A model generated the notes under the pieces. It was not told the DNA's origin. It made no database searches and saw only the letters and a program-made list of their open reading frames with translations. Below are positions 1 through 12,839 of a stretch of DNA of 64,000 bases, piece after piece (the stretch's first letter is position 1; every line of letters begins with the position of its first letter). This DNA is from Octopus sinensis (lineage: Eukaryota): contig NC_043001.1 in the NCBI RefSeq assembly GCF_006345805.1, forward strand, positions 24,552,001 to 24,616,000, read 5' to 3'. A program made the translations under genes and the position numbers.

Positions 1-718
1 TCAATCTCTTTATCAATAACCCTCAAGTAGCGATCCATCACTCTCATTTATCCTAATCTCACCCTTATCACTCTGGTTCTCTTCCATTACCCTTTTCCTC
101 TCACACCTGAACTCTGGCTCTCTTCCAGCCAGAAGTGTGGGAAAGGAAGGAATAAATACAGAGATAATACAAGGAAAAGAAGACTCTCTTTAGTGTTACT
201 ATGGGTAAGGTAACCTCTTTGATTGTGAAAGAATGAAAGAGACAACTTAGGAAAGAGGGGACTCTTTCATAGGCTTGGAAACAAGGAGTGCAGTGGGTAT
301 GCCTGCGCTCCTAAAATTTGGTAGGTGAGGGACAATGAAGACAAACATCCTGGGTGGGACTTGAGTTTGCACCCACTAAGCAAATTTCATTCCTGCACTT
401 ATGGACTCTTTAGTCTAACTGGGTTGAAGACAACTTATCCAGTGTTGGTGCTATAACAAAATGCTCTGAGTACATTCTGTAGAATGTTTGGCAATGTGAA
501 GGGTATCCAAACATAAAGTCCATGCCGAATGGGACATGGTTCCCAACTGTCCAGTGGGGGTACACAAGGTGTTAATAAGAACTGACTCAGACTGTAATGA
601 CCCATCTAACCCATGCCAGCATTGAAAAGCAGATATAAGGTTATGATACTAACTCACCCAAACTGCCTCTAGTTCTGTGATGCAAAACAATGCAAAATTG
701 TTTTTATTTCAAAGTTAC

Positions 719-945
719 CATCATCATCATCATTGTTATTATTTAATGTCCATTTTCCATGCTAGTATGGGTTGGATAGTTTGACAGGAGCTGGAGGGAT
801 GCATCTATTTTTGGCATGGTTTCTACAGTTGAATGCCCTTCCTAATGCCAACCACTTTACAGAGTGTACTGGGTGCTTTTTACATAGCACCAGTATGGGT
901 GTTCTATACACAGAAGTGGCACCAGTGCTTTTTATGTGGGACCAA
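719..945 (-). mobile_element. RTE-type LINE 3' UTR fragment (family A)
   Basis: (CAT)n tail then TTTCCATGCTAG...GCCCTTCCTAATGCCAACCAC; the same sequence follows an RTE ORF end at 50.4-50.6 kb. Confidence 0.75.
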
Positions 946-1041
946 CAGGAGTGTTTATTTATAAATTTAAACTTTTCAACCCAATCCATGACACAATCTA
1001 GTGATGTATGTTTTGCACACTAACTTATAACTAAAAACTTA

Positions 1042-1317
1042 TTTACTCTTTTACTCTTTTACTTGTTTCAGTCATTTGACTGCGGCCATGCTAGAGCACC
1101 ACCTTTAGTCAACTTATTCTTTGTAAGCCTAGTACTTAGTCTATCGACCACTTTTGCCGAACCGCTAAGTTACAAGGACGTAAACACACCAGCATATATA
1201 TGTATGTATGTATATATGTATGACAGGCTTCTTTCAGTTTCCGTCTACCAAATCCACTCACAAGGCTTTGGTCGGCCCAAGGCTATAGTAGAAGACACTT
1301 GCTCAAGGTGCCACAAC
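1042..1317 (-). mobile_element. tRNA-derived CORE-like SINE (family B), partial
   Basis: (TTTACTC)n tail and body matching the full copies at 9.4 and 47.7 kb. Confidence 0.8.
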
Positions 1318-1639
1318 TAAACTTCTCCACATTTATGATTATTTTCAAAATTTACAGACACATACAATTAGTATATCTCTAGAATTATGGTTACTTAATG
1401 GTTTATACAGCCTGACGATATTTTTCTTATTTTTCCCCAGTTGTGACCACTCCTGCTTCTATGATACAAACTTCCAGTTTTAAAGTGTTCTATATTAAAA
1501 CCTTTACACCAAAATTTCGAGTTATTCTATGTACCATACACCAGTTTAATAATGGCAAAAGACTTCATTATTTTCAAAATTGCTTGAAACCAAGGCAGTG
1601 AATTTCAACAGAAACATCGGTATCAAAAGGGCTAAATAC

Positions 1640-2050
1640 ATAACATACATTCTATCTGTGGTGTATGCGGGAGATTTGAAATAAGGGCACCAACCTTCTC
1701 TTTGTTGACGGAGACATCTCCAGTGGTAATGCACCCTTCCATGCGACCCGACTCGAACGCTACAAATAGCAGCTGCTTTTCCCCTACCTTAACAAAGCGC
1801 TCACACGTCCAACTCGGTCGGCTACCTCGATCGAAAAGGGCCAATGCTGCCCTGCCTGCACGCGAATCACTCCTGCCCCTTCCTCTTCCGGTCAGCCCCA
1901 AGTTCTGGTCAGCTCCCCAGCTGCTGACGTCATCCCACATGCCACCGTGATCTTAAAGATCACATTCTCTCTACTCTCCTGCTGCTTCCTCTTCTGGTCA
2001 GCCCCAAGTTCCGGTCAGCTCCCCAGCTGCTGACGTCATCCCACACTATC
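1640..2050 (-). mobile_element. GC/CpG-rich segment, possibly the 5' region of a LINE, with a duplicated ~50-bp unit
   Basis: Abrupt GC rise; GGTCAGCCCCAAGTTCYGGTCAGCTCCCCAGCTGCTGACGTCATCCCACA at ~1890 and ~1996; 102-aa minus ORF not recognised. Confidence 0.3.
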
Positions 2051-2375
2051 TTCCAGTTATTTTCCCTTGGGGAATTTAAAATTCTTCCAAAGAAAAACAA
2101 AACATTTAAAAAATACACAAAACATACTTGTATACATTTCAGAACAGCTAATTAATGGACATTGTCTGACAATATATTGATTGGATTCTAATCCAGTTGC
2201 AGGTGTGGGCTTCAGATAAAATATCATTTTATAAAGGGCATGGTTAGTCAACTGAACTCAGTAATGGGTGTGTCCATTTAGAATGTAAAGTATATGAAAT
2301 CCTCTTTTAATTCCACTTAATACTATTTCATTCATTTCTCATGTCTTTGCTGTGTGTTTTATATATATATATATA

Positions 2376-2482
2376 TATAATCAAAATAAGCAACAAGAAT
2401 GACTCCGGTAATTTGGTACAATCGTTTCACACTACATCGTACCAAATTACCGGAATTATTCTTGTTGCTTCTTTTGATTATA
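2376..2482. repeat. Inverted repeat, 44-bp arms, 19-nt loop
   Basis: Arms 2376-2419 and 2439-2482 match at 41/44; abuts (TA)n. Confidence 0.85.
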
Positions 2483-2588
2483 ATCACCCCATGGATTTAT
2501 ATGGATAACACCTTACAGAATTCTGGTGCATCTAACTTAAATACCATATTCATTTGAATCTAGATTTTGCTGAACTTATATATATATA

Positions 2589-2997
2589 CTAGCAGTATTG
2601 CCCAGCGTTGCTCGGGTTTGTTTTCTTTTCGACCCTTTAGAATTGGAATTTTTGAAAAGTAAAAACTTTGCATTATGTAGCTTGTTATTCTCTTTAAATG
2701 AACATTTTTCTGGTTGAAATACACCGCAAAATGGCGACACAGCAGTAAAAAAAATCGTAAAAAATAGGGATCTTCAAAGAAAAAAAGCACCTTTTTGATG
2801 TAAATAATTTTTGGTCTTAACATGGTCCAATTTGAATTTTTTCTTCTACAGAATAAAGAGCATGCCTTCTTCTACCATACTTTCAATTTTGGTCAACTTG
2901 TGCCACAGGGTCTCGGAGGAGATAGTGTTAGTTGTAGGCTACCAAACCTGCCACACACACACACACACATAGACAACTTCAGCTTTATATATATAGA
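2589..2997 (-). mobile_element. Non-autonomous Helitron, subfamily alpha
   Basis: On minus: A|TC start, CTAG|T end, subterminal GC hairpin (CCCGAGCAACGC..GG), no TSD. Confidence 0.8.
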
Positions 2998-3545
2998 TAA
3001 GGTTCATCATAGTATATATCTTTAGAAATACTGTTTTCACTAACTCTGTATTGCTAAGTGTCAGGCAGTTTCAAATAATAGATAAAACAAATCTCTGTCA
3101 ATATATTCCTATATTATATCCTGTTGTGATATAAACAATGTCTGGAGAACATGTAGAAAACTAAATTTTGGATCTGGTTTTCTTTCATACTTGCAACTAA
3201 TTCAATCATAATGTCAACTAAGTATTTGAGAATGACACGCATGCCAAAAGTTCCCTTTTGTTTTTGCCCTTACAGTCAACAGAAGCTAATAAGGAGTCCT
3301 CTATATAGCTGTTTGGCCTGCTAGAAATGCCAACTCTTCTTTAAATCACACCCTACTATATTCAGAAAAAGTGGATATATTGGATAATGTAGTCTAAGAT
3401 ACACTAAGTCTAAAGACAAAAACGGAATATTTTTTTCATTTTAGATCTGCTTGATCAGGGTGGCCTGGGGTTAAACAACAATAGTAGCAACGTGGTCCAT
3501 CACATTTTGAGGAGAAAATTTGACCTAAAAGGTCAAAGTCTAGAA

Positions 3546-3731
3546 CAGGGGTCCCCAAACTTTTTAGACCATCAACACCTTTATGGAGTCCTTGGCCCCT
3601 CATCGATCCCCAGGCATGTACAAGAAAATAAATAAATATTAAAAATAATTAAGTAGATGTGCATTTATTGACCCCTTGAATAGTTCCATCGACTCACAGG
3701 GATCGATATCGACCACTTTCGGAGAGCCCTG
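3546..3731. mobile_element. hAT-like MITE
   Basis: CAGGGG...CCCTG termini with 8-bp flanks GTCTAGAA / GTCTAAAA. Confidence 0.75.
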
Positions 3732-4538
3732 GTCTAAAACCTCAAGAGCAACAAGGAATTTTTCATGAATATTTTTTTCATTATATGCTTGGATAAGTAA
3801 GAACAAAAATTAAAAAGAATACCGTTTTCCTTTTTTTTTTTTGTTTTTTTTTTCAGAGCTGGCAAAGTTCAAATCCCACCAAGAAAAACTTAGTTTTTCA
3901 GCCTCCTGGGATTGATAATATAAAGTACCTTTACCGGAGTTAATGACACAGACTAAGATCCTCCCATCAAAATTACTGGCTTTGTGCCTAAATCAGAGAC
4001 AATTATTACTCCAAAGTTTCATTTTTATGACAGCTGACTAAACATTTCAGAGGAAGTATAAACTATAACATTTTTAGTTGTAGTTCCAGTATCTGACTGT
4101 CTGTAGCTGCGATGAAGCTCTGATTTAATAATCACAGTATCAATTCCTGTAGCAATTTCTGCATTGTAAATTTGGCAAGATAAGCTATTCTAATTCTTCT
4201 CCTGAACTATTCTTTCCTGATATGAAATAATTAATAGTTTAAGTAAAGAAATGCTTAGCGCTAGGGAGATTACAAAGGTAGAAAATAAATAGTTCAGTTA
4301 TGCCATCAGTATGAAAAACAATAGCAAAGCTAGAGGTAGCATTTCATACATGATGCATTTAAAAACTAACAAGAATTGCAGGGAGGAAAAAACAATATTA
4401 GTCAATAGCTAACATTATTTTAATTACTTTGGCAATACAGATCAGTTCAGACATATTTCTACACCAGCTGCTGTACAACCTTGTACATTTACTATTACTA
4501 TTTCTGTCATCACTATCTTTGCAAGTTCAGAAATAAGT

Positions 4539-4601
4539 TTATGGTTTGCTGATGAGACCATAATAAGACAAAAACATATCAAGAGTTGCATCCCATTCTT
4601 G
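4539..4601 (-). CDS. Candidate terminal coding exon (QEWDATLDMFLSYYGLISKP*)
   Basis: TTTTTCAG acceptor, open frame to TAA; no homology recognised. Confidence 0.2.
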   Translation of the reverse strand, partial: QEWDATLDMFLSYYGLISKP

Positions 4602-4807
4602 CTGAAAAATGCATATTATATTAGTCTTTGATAAGGTTTTTTTCTTCATTACATAATTATTTATTGTCAATTTTTGTATGCTCACTTAACAGTGCTGTTT
4701 GTAGCTGCATATGCTAGTCCACAAACATAAATCAAGATCACAACAGGAAGTAAAGGTACATTTTAAATGCACATTGCATATTGCACATGTTTGTGCATAT
4801 ATATATA

Positions 4808-5080
4808 TCATCATCATTTAACATCCGTTTTCTGTGCTAGCATGGGTTGGACGGGTTCTGGGAAGCCAGGAGGCTGCACCAGGCTCCAATCTGATCCAGC
4901 AGTGTTTCTACAGCTGGATGCCCTTCCTAGCGCCAACCACTCCATGAGTATATTGGGTGATTTTTATGTGCCACTGGCACAAAAGCCAGTCAAGGCAGCG
5001 CTGGCATCAGCCATGGTCGGATGATGCTTTTTATGTGCCACCGGCACGAGTATCACAACTACAATTTCCATTTGATTTTT
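4808..5080 (-). mobile_element. RTE 3' UTR fragment (family A)
   Basis: Matches the other family A copies; CAT tail. Confidence 0.75.
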
Positions 5081-5094
5081 ATTTTGATGTTGAT

Positions 5095-5207
5095 ATATAT
5101 ATATATATGCATATATATATGCATATATATATATATATTATATATATATATATATATGCATATATATATACATGTATATATATATATATGCATATATATA
5201 TATATGC

Positions 5208-5272
<65 letters not shown>
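5095..5272. repeat. (TA)n microsatellite with TGCA/CA interruptions
   Basis: Direct reading. Confidence 0.95.
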
Positions 5273-5275
<3 letters not shown>

Positions 5276-5839
5276 CAAAATAATCCTCTTGTACCCTACT
5301 TTTCTGCCAGTAGATTATCTGTTACATAATAAATTTCACTCTCTAGCTAACTATAGCCTGTATTACTACATCTCTAGATTTCAAATATCATAATGTTAAT
5401 CGTAAAACAAATTTTTCATAACAAGTTTTAAATAGGTATTAATATTGATAGTTTGTTGTTAGGTACAATGACTTTGGGCTAATTCTATTACTGTATGGGA
5501 CTGCTTCACTCATGAATTAATGAGAGAGAATTTATGAGGACATTTTAACTGCTAGAAATAGCAATTAAATTTCCTTTAAATTACACCTTACCATCTTAAA
5601 ACAGGACATGTTGGATAATGTAGTCTTGTGTTTCCTGAACATTGAAAAATGTTCAGATGGTCATGGCTGGAGTATATTTTATCAATGGTCTGTTTCATCA
5701 GGGTTCAACTGGGGCTGAACAACCACAACTGTAACTGTTTCAGTTGCATTAGTATTTATTGGCTCGTTAGTTTTTCAATTGTGTGTGACTTTCTGTAGTT
5801 GAGATTTACAATGGTCTATGGCAGTTTATCCTTTTATAC

Positions 5840-5894
5840 CTGGTAATATAAAATATTTAACGAGTCCACTGTAGTTGTCCATAAAAATGAGAAA
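5840..5894 (-). CDS. Candidate internal exon (FSFLWTTTVDSLNILYYQ)
   Basis: CTTTTAG acceptor, CAG|GTATAA donor, in phase with 4539-4601. Confidence 0.2.
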
Positions 5895-6556
5895 CTAAAA
5901 GTTTTTGCACTTATATCTTTCCAACAACTGATCATGGCAACTCCACAACTGGCACTAATTCAGGCATCTTCTTTTGCTGGCTTCTATGGTTCCACAAACA
6001 AGTATCACATTTGCCAAACAGTTCAAAGCAATTTGTTAGCATCCCAAGCCAGTACAGCAATTTTTATGCCTAGACATGATTTGTATACAAATTAAGCATT
6101 TAGCATCTCATTGCACATGGAACAACTTTGTGTTCCATTAAATAGTATGCCCTGGATATTTAATAACTCAGACTTGTAAGTTCAGAAACTCCCAGTAGCA
6201 TTTTTAGAAATGTTCTAGAAATTGTATTAATTCATCCAGTTAACTATCATCAATTTTCTCAGCTTTCAGTTCACCAAGTTTTGTATTACTCATTTGAAGT
6301 TTTGTTAACAAACGTATCAACTTCATAGATCAGAGAGAGAGAGATATGTTTAATGATAGAGAGACCAATTATGCATTGCATGATCAAGTGAAGCAGCAAT
6401 TTTTGAGCCTTCCCCTTTTACATATTTTATTTTTCATAATTCCAGAGTCTATATATCATATTCTACAAAAACATTACTAAGAACTGACTTGCAAAGGAGT
6501 TTGCTCTGGATGCTTATCAACAGTTTATGAGTTGTCTCTGCTAATGATATAACATG

Positions 6557-6925
6557 TCATCATCATCATCATCGTTTAACATTCGCTTTCCATGCTCGCA
6601 TGGGTTGGGCGATTTTGACTGAGGGCTGGCAAACCAGATGGCTGCACCAGGCTCCAATCTTGATTTGGCAGAGTTTCTTCAGCTGGATGCCCTTCCTAAC
6701 GCCAACCACTCAGAGAGTGTAGTGGGTGCTTTTACATGCCACCTGCACGGGGGCCAGTCGACCTTGCTCGAATTTTTTTACACATGACACCGGCACAGGT
6801 GCCAGTAAGGCGATGCTGGTAATGATCACACTCGAATGGTGCCTTTTATGTGCCACTGGCACAGAAGCCAGTTAGCTGCTCTGTCAACGATTACACTCGT
6901 ATGATGCTCTTTGCACCCTGCCACA
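6557..6925 (-). mobile_element. RTE 3' UTR fragment (family A)
   Basis: CAT tail plus GTGCC-containing internal units. Confidence 0.75.
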
Positions 6926-6949
6926 TACACATAATTATGAAAGTGTTCA

Positions 6950-8470
6950 GCTCCAAAACCTACCATTCTTGGTTTTAATCCGTTTGAATCCAATTTTGTT
7001 CAGAGTTCTTTGGGATCAGTAGATAGTTGTAAAGCATGAATAGTTGTGATTTTTGGTGGATCAAGTTCTACCCCTTCTTTGGTTAGTTCCTTTCAAATAT
7101 TTTATTTAATCAACATATAACTGAGAGTTATATGTTGATATAACTGAGAGTTATATATATATAAGAGAGTCAAAACTATTGAAAAGGTTGCAAGACGCAA
7201 CGAAAATTTTAGGAAAATAAAAATAAGAAAAATGTGGAAATTTTACTGGTGAGTGTGTTAAATAATAAGGCACAAAAAGAAAATGACTCTCCCCAGACAC
7301 AACAACATATAACTGAATTTTCCATCAATTCAATTTTAAACCTCTGTTTCCACATTGTTATAAAATAGCTTCTTAATGTGTTTACAATGTTTGTCTCGAA
7401 CCAGAGAGCACAAATATAACATCCTTAAACACAAAGCTGTCAGTGAAACCTTTAAACACAGTGTTATAGTAAGCTTGGAACATCCCAGGAGCTGATTTCA
7501 TTCTAAATGGAATCTGTTGAAAGTAAATCTGCTCATGAGAAAGTTGAATGCAGTTAGTTTGCTGCTCTTTGGTTAACTTCATTTGCCAGATGCTTTTCTA
7601 AACATTCATTGTGAAACACTCAACAGGTGGCATTCTAGTCAGTAGTGATTTTGATTTTAGATAGAAGATAGTGAGATAGTGTGCATGTCTAATAGTATTA
7701 TTCAGATCTGTAAGATCAATACACATGCACACAGTGTAGTCTGTGTGTGTTTGGTTTTTTTATGGCTACCAGGTGGTTATTGACTCAGTCGGGTAGTGTT
7801 TCAACTTAGTACACAATATCATTTGTCTCTCGGAAGTTTTAATTCTTCTGTTCCAGTTTCCTTTGGTGCTTCTTGAATCCTTGTTGCCTTTTTTGGAAGA
7901 TGTACAAATGGTGCTAGTTTAGATCTCAAATACACCCCTACAACTTAATCAAGGGGCCTTTTCCTTGTCCCTGTTCTTTTTCTGTCATGCAAGTTAGTTG
8001 GTAGTGTCACTAGTTCTGATGACAGGACAAAAGCCCCCAGCACACACTGTAAAATGTTCGATGTTATGAGGGGTATCTAGCAGTAAAAACTACGCCAAAG
8101 TTGATATTGTGGCTAAACAGAGCCCTGCAGATTGCCAGATCAGTCAAACTATGTAACTCATGCCAGTATGGAAATGATGATGGTGATAAATTCTACCATT
8201 TCTTTTTGTAACGTTTGCTAGCAAGCAACTTGTCTTTAACATTATACAGACTAACTCCGGATATGCAGAAATTGTTCAATATTTTCTTTGACATCTTCAT
8301 TTGAATCTTTACTGGAGACTTCCTCATATGCGTGATTCAGATAAATCTCTACTTCATTCACCAGCAGTTACATAGTAACAATGAAACTTTGATCTTATCA
8401 GCTGAATCATCCTTCTCAAAAGCCACCAAAAACTGTGTAAAATCCTTTTTGAACAGATACCATTCTGTGC
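6950..8470 (-). mobile_element. Degenerate Ty3/Gypsy gag-pol remnant
   Basis: Minus translations: WYLFKKDFTQFLVAFEKDD..KIKVSLLL (gag-like), VCIDLTDLNNTIRHAHY, IWQMKL, QIPFRMKSAPGMFQ, LTKEGVELDPPKI (RT motifs); stops, deletions and nested repeats. Confidence 0.75.
7111..7316 (+). mobile_element. Unclassified dispersed repeat (family G) inserted in the Gypsy remnant
   Basis: Body recurs at ~39120, ~40260 (reverse) and ~45610; flanked by direct CAACATATAACTGA at 7111 and 7303. Confidence 0.6.
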
Positions 8471-8555
8471 GAAGAACTGAGATTCAGTTGTTTAGCATAT
8501 TCAGTCAAAAAGCAAAATCACTCAGTAATTCAATTAAAGTCCCTTAGCAACTTAC

Positions 8556-8602
8556 CTATCCATCATGTTTCGAGTAAACAAATAAGGTCAGCAGAGCACT
8601 GC
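8556..8602 (-). other. Candidate 47-nt exon
   Basis: ATATTCAG acceptor and TAG|GTAAGT donor; all three frames contain a stop, so it would be UTR, a start exon or a poison exon if real. Confidence 0.2.
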
Positions 8603-8894
8603 CTGAATATGACAAACATTGATAAAGTCAATAATCCCAATACTGCTAACACAAATCACTAACACAAATCAAGTAGCATACCAGACAATAATAAAAAGTA
8701 AGCAGAGGCATGAGGCACATTTCATCGATATATACCATAGTCACAGGCATGGCTGTATGCTTAAGTTCACTGCCCATCTACATGGTTTCAGGTTCAGTCC
8801 TAGGGCATGGCACCTTTGGCATGCATTTTCTTCTATAGACTCGGGCTAACAAAAACTTTGTGGGTATATTGAGAGAAGCCTGTCATATATATTA

Positions 8895-9126
8895 TTTCTT
8901 TACTACCCACAAGGGGCTAAACACAGAGGGGACAAACAAGGACAGACAAACAGATTAAGTCGATTACATCGACCTCAGTGCGTAACTAGTACTTAATTTA
9001 TCGACCCCGAAAGGATGAAAGGCAAAATCGACCTCGGCAGAATTTGAACTCAGAACGTAGCGACAGGCAAGATACCACTAAGCATTTCGCCCGGCGTGCT
9101 AACGTTTCTGCCAGCTCGCCGCCTTA
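8895..9126 (-). mobile_element. tRNA-headed SINE (family C)
   Basis: Head GGCGGCGAGCTGGCAGAAACGTTAGC..GAGTTCAAAT, body GCCTTTCATCCTTTCGGGGTCGATAAA; many copies in the window. Confidence 0.8.
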
Positions 9127-9393
9127 TTATATATATATGCAGCCTATCATATATATATGCAGGTGTGTGAGGTGGGGTTGTGCTTCCTTGTTTTGACATC
9201 CCAAGATTTACCATTTGCAAACAGTGTTCTTTATTCTCATTCTTCCATGAAATCTTGCCTGATCATGAAGAAGTTTTACTTTACATAGAAACAGGTGAGA
9301 ATTGGTGACAGAAATCATCCAACCATAAAATATTAATCTCAATGAATTCTGTCTGACCAATACAAGCATAAAAAAGTGGACTTTAAATAATAA

Positions 9394-9794
9394 TACTCTT
9401 TTATTCTTTTACTTGTTTCAGTCATTTGACTGTGGCCATGCTGGAGCACTGCCTTTAGTCGAGCAAATCGCCCCCAGGACTTATTCTTTGTAAGCCTAGT
9501 ACTTATCCTATCGGTCTCTTTTGCCGAACCACTAAATAACGGTGACATAAACACACCAGCATCGGTTTTCAAGCAATGCTAGGGTGACAAATATAGACAT
9601 ACAAACATACACAGAGACATATATATATACATATTTACGATGGGCTTCTTTCAGTTTCCGTCTACCAAATCCACTCACAAGGCTTTGGTCGGCCCGAGGC
9701 TATAATAGAAAACACTTGCCCAAGATGCCACGCAGTGGGACTGAACCCAGAACCATGTGGTTGGTAAGCAAGCTCCTTACCACACAGCCACTCC
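9394..9794 (-). mobile_element. SINE family B, full length
   Basis: A box TGGCTGTGTGG, B-box-like GGTTCAGTCCC, CORE-like CTTGGGCAAGTG, internal (TA)n, AAAAGAGT-type tail. Confidence 0.85.
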
Positions 9795-10544
9795 TGTCTG
9801 TGTGTGTTAACATGCATCTACATCATTACATATATTTATAATAAGTGAACATACATATACTTGTACATAAATGGATGTAATTACACACAAATATAACACA
9901 TACACATGCACACATATAAAACATACATATCAGCATAAAGAAATGAGAAATATTAATATATGTCTGTTTACATACATATATGCTCTTCATCAACCTGTAT
10001 GCTTGCAAGCCCAATGAAATAATCTATCAAACCCAACGAACATATTAGCCACTTACAGCAGCCAGTAATTATATATTCGTATGTTAGACTTTGATATCAG
10101 TTCCATAACAAAACCATCTGTAATTGTAACAAACAGATGTTTTAGACATCATGTCTGTAAGGAGTACAAATATAGTTAGCTGTTTGTTTACTTACTCCAT
10201 TTTGTAGAGACTAGTATTTCTTTTACATTTTCTTTCTTTTTTTTTATATATATATGTATTTTTCTGAAGATAATTCTACTCTCTTGCTAGATATAAAATT
10301 TGGTTAAGAATCAAAAAGAAAGTCAGCTATTATTCATTTTTTTTTAAGGAAATTCTAAAGATGTACAGTGGTTATAAACTGGAGGTGCTAAATATTCAGA
10401 TCTTTCAGTCATTGATTGAAACTATTTAAACAGCAACAATTTATGTTTTCAGGTATGGAATATAATTTCTAAAACTACCCCAAGGTTGACTGTTTGGTAT
10501 TAGTAAGTTAGCCACAAGCCTATACACATTCTAATATATCTAAA

Positions 10545-10932
10545 CTAGCAGTATCGCCCGGCGTTGCTCGGGTTTGTAAGGGAAATAACTATATAAGCAT
10601 TTTTAGAGAGTTATAGCCAAAAAATAGCAAAAAAATGCATTAAAAATGGAAAAAAAATTATGGTAATTTTTTTTTAAATCGTTGACTCATCGTAGACATT
10701 TTTAGTGAGTTACTTCCCTTATATAATAGCATTAAAATGGAAAAAAAATGATGGTAAATTTTTTTTTAAATCGTAGACTCATTGTAGATGCGCGCTAATA
10801 CCCAGAAGGGCTCGATATGAATCATGACTATAAGATACCCAGTTTTGGTTAAACTGCACCGCAAAATGTGGGAGTAGTTAGGAATCTAAATCGTAGGAGA
10901 CAGACACACAACTTCTCTTTTATATATAAAGA
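10545..10932 (-). mobile_element. Non-autonomous Helitron, subfamily beta
   Basis: Same TC...hairpin-CTAG termini as alpha, different interior shared with 32010-32410. Confidence 0.8.
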
Positions 10933-10950
10933 TATACATTCATATATAGT

Positions 10951-10984
<34 letters not shown>

Positions 10985-11006
10985 GTATGTGTGAATGTAT
11001 GTATGA

Positions 11007-11250
11007 AGGCACATGGCTCAGTGGTTAGAGCATTGAGCTTATGATCGTGAGGTTGTGAGCTTGAATCCCCAACTGGGCTACATGTTGTGTTCTTGAGCAA
11101 GACACTTTATTTCACATTGCTCCAGTTCACTCAGCTGTAGAAATGAGTTGCGATGTCACAGATGCCAAGCTGTATTGGCCCTTTTGCCTTTCCCTTGGAT
11201 AACAATGGTGGCGTCGAGAGGGAGGCTGGTATGCATGGGCGACTGCTGAT
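11007..11250 (+). mobile_element. tRNA-derived SINE (family D)
   Basis: GGCACATGGCTCAGTGGTTAGAGC head; body TTCTTGAGCAAGACACTTTATTTCACATTGCTCCAG. Confidence 0.75.
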
Positions 11251-11412
11251 GAAAGCTGTTTTTTTTTTCTAATTTATATATATATATATTATATTTTGTG
11301 AAATTTGATTTAGTATTTCTAAATTAAATTTTTTCGTGTAAGTTTGGAATAATATTCCTTCATATTATTATTATTATCATTATATAAATAGGGAGAGAGA
11401 GACAGAGAGATG

Positions 11413-11471
<59 letters not shown>

Positions 11472-11494
11472 ATATATACGTATATATGTGTATG

Positions 11495-11570
<76 letters not shown>

Positions 11571-11575
11571 TATTC

Positions 11576-11608
<33 letters not shown>

Positions 11609-11936
11609 TAGATATATATATTCATATATATTTATATATAGATATAGATATAGATTATGTAAAAGATGTTGCTTTAAACTGGAGAACCTATTAATGAGTT
11701 TAATATTGAGCCATTTATATTCTCTCTAATGGTACATCTCGTTTGTCTAAGAAGACAGCTTTAATGTCACTTTCTACATTAATAGTTGAAAATGAGTATG
11801 AATTCCTGAGAATGGTAGAATAAAGCTTTTTCCCAAATATCAAATATTTATACCCAATAAGTAAATAATTAACCCTGCATAACTACAAATAAAATCTTTC
11901 AACTGCAAAACGCTATTAACACAAACCGAAGTTTAA

Positions 11937-12839
11937 CCTTTTTGATACCAACAAAACTCATGTTGCCATTCGTTCAATAATACAGACTTCCTGTTTTAAA
12001 GTGATCTGATTTAAAACCTTCAATCAAAATGTGTTCAGTTATATTCCAAATGCCAGCATTATTATCATCATCATCATTTAATGTCCACTTTTCCATGCTT
12101 GGCCACACAGACTTTGTCAAGGTATATATTTTTTCCATGGAGACTGAAAACAAATAAGCTTGCTTGTATCACAAAGGAGTTCATATACAACTATCATGTG
12201 ATACACACACACACACACAGACACACACACACACATGCACACACACACACACACACATACACACACAAGATGGCTTCTTTCAGTTTCCCTCTTCCAAAAC
12301 CTTCAATCAAAATGTGTTTAATTATATTCCAAATGCCAGCATCATCATCATCATTTAATGTCCACTTTTCCATGCTTGGCCACACAGAATTTATCAAGAT
12401 AGATTTTCTATGGCTGGATGCCCTTGCTGTCACCAACCCTTGCCTGTTTCCAAGCATGATAACATTTTCCCATAGCCAGATATATATTTTTTTCCATGGA
12501 AGACTGAAAACAAATAAGCTTGCTTGTATCACAAAGGAGTTCATATACAACTATCAGGTCACACACACACACACACACACACACATTCACACACACATGC
12601 ACACATGCACACACAAGATGGCTTCTTTCAGTTTCCTTTTTCCAAATTCAGTCACAAAATATTGGTTGGTTGGAGCTATAGAAGACACTTGTCCAAGGTG
12701 CCGTGCACTGAGACTGCACCTATGACCACAAGGTTAGAAAGCAATCTTCTCAACCACATAACTATTCCTATGTCTATAATCACACCAATTAACTGAGACG
12801 AAAGTTGTGTATTTTAGCAAAAATGTCGTAACAGAAGGG
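11937..12839. mobile_element. piggyBac-like MITE carrying an internal tandem duplication and nested repeats
   Basis: TTAA at 11933 and 12840; imperfect TIRs CCTTTTTGATACC / CGTAACAGAAGGG; ~12030-12290 duplicated at ~12295-12630. Confidence 0.6.

Noticed and set aside
4705-10502. Plus-strand exon candidates (LHMLVHKHKSRSQQEVK; EILKMYSGYKLEV...; VWNIISKTTPRL...), and similar ones near 42.9, 57.0 and 61.7 kb
   Set aside because: Splice signals are at chance level and no protein is recognised; RNA data would be needed
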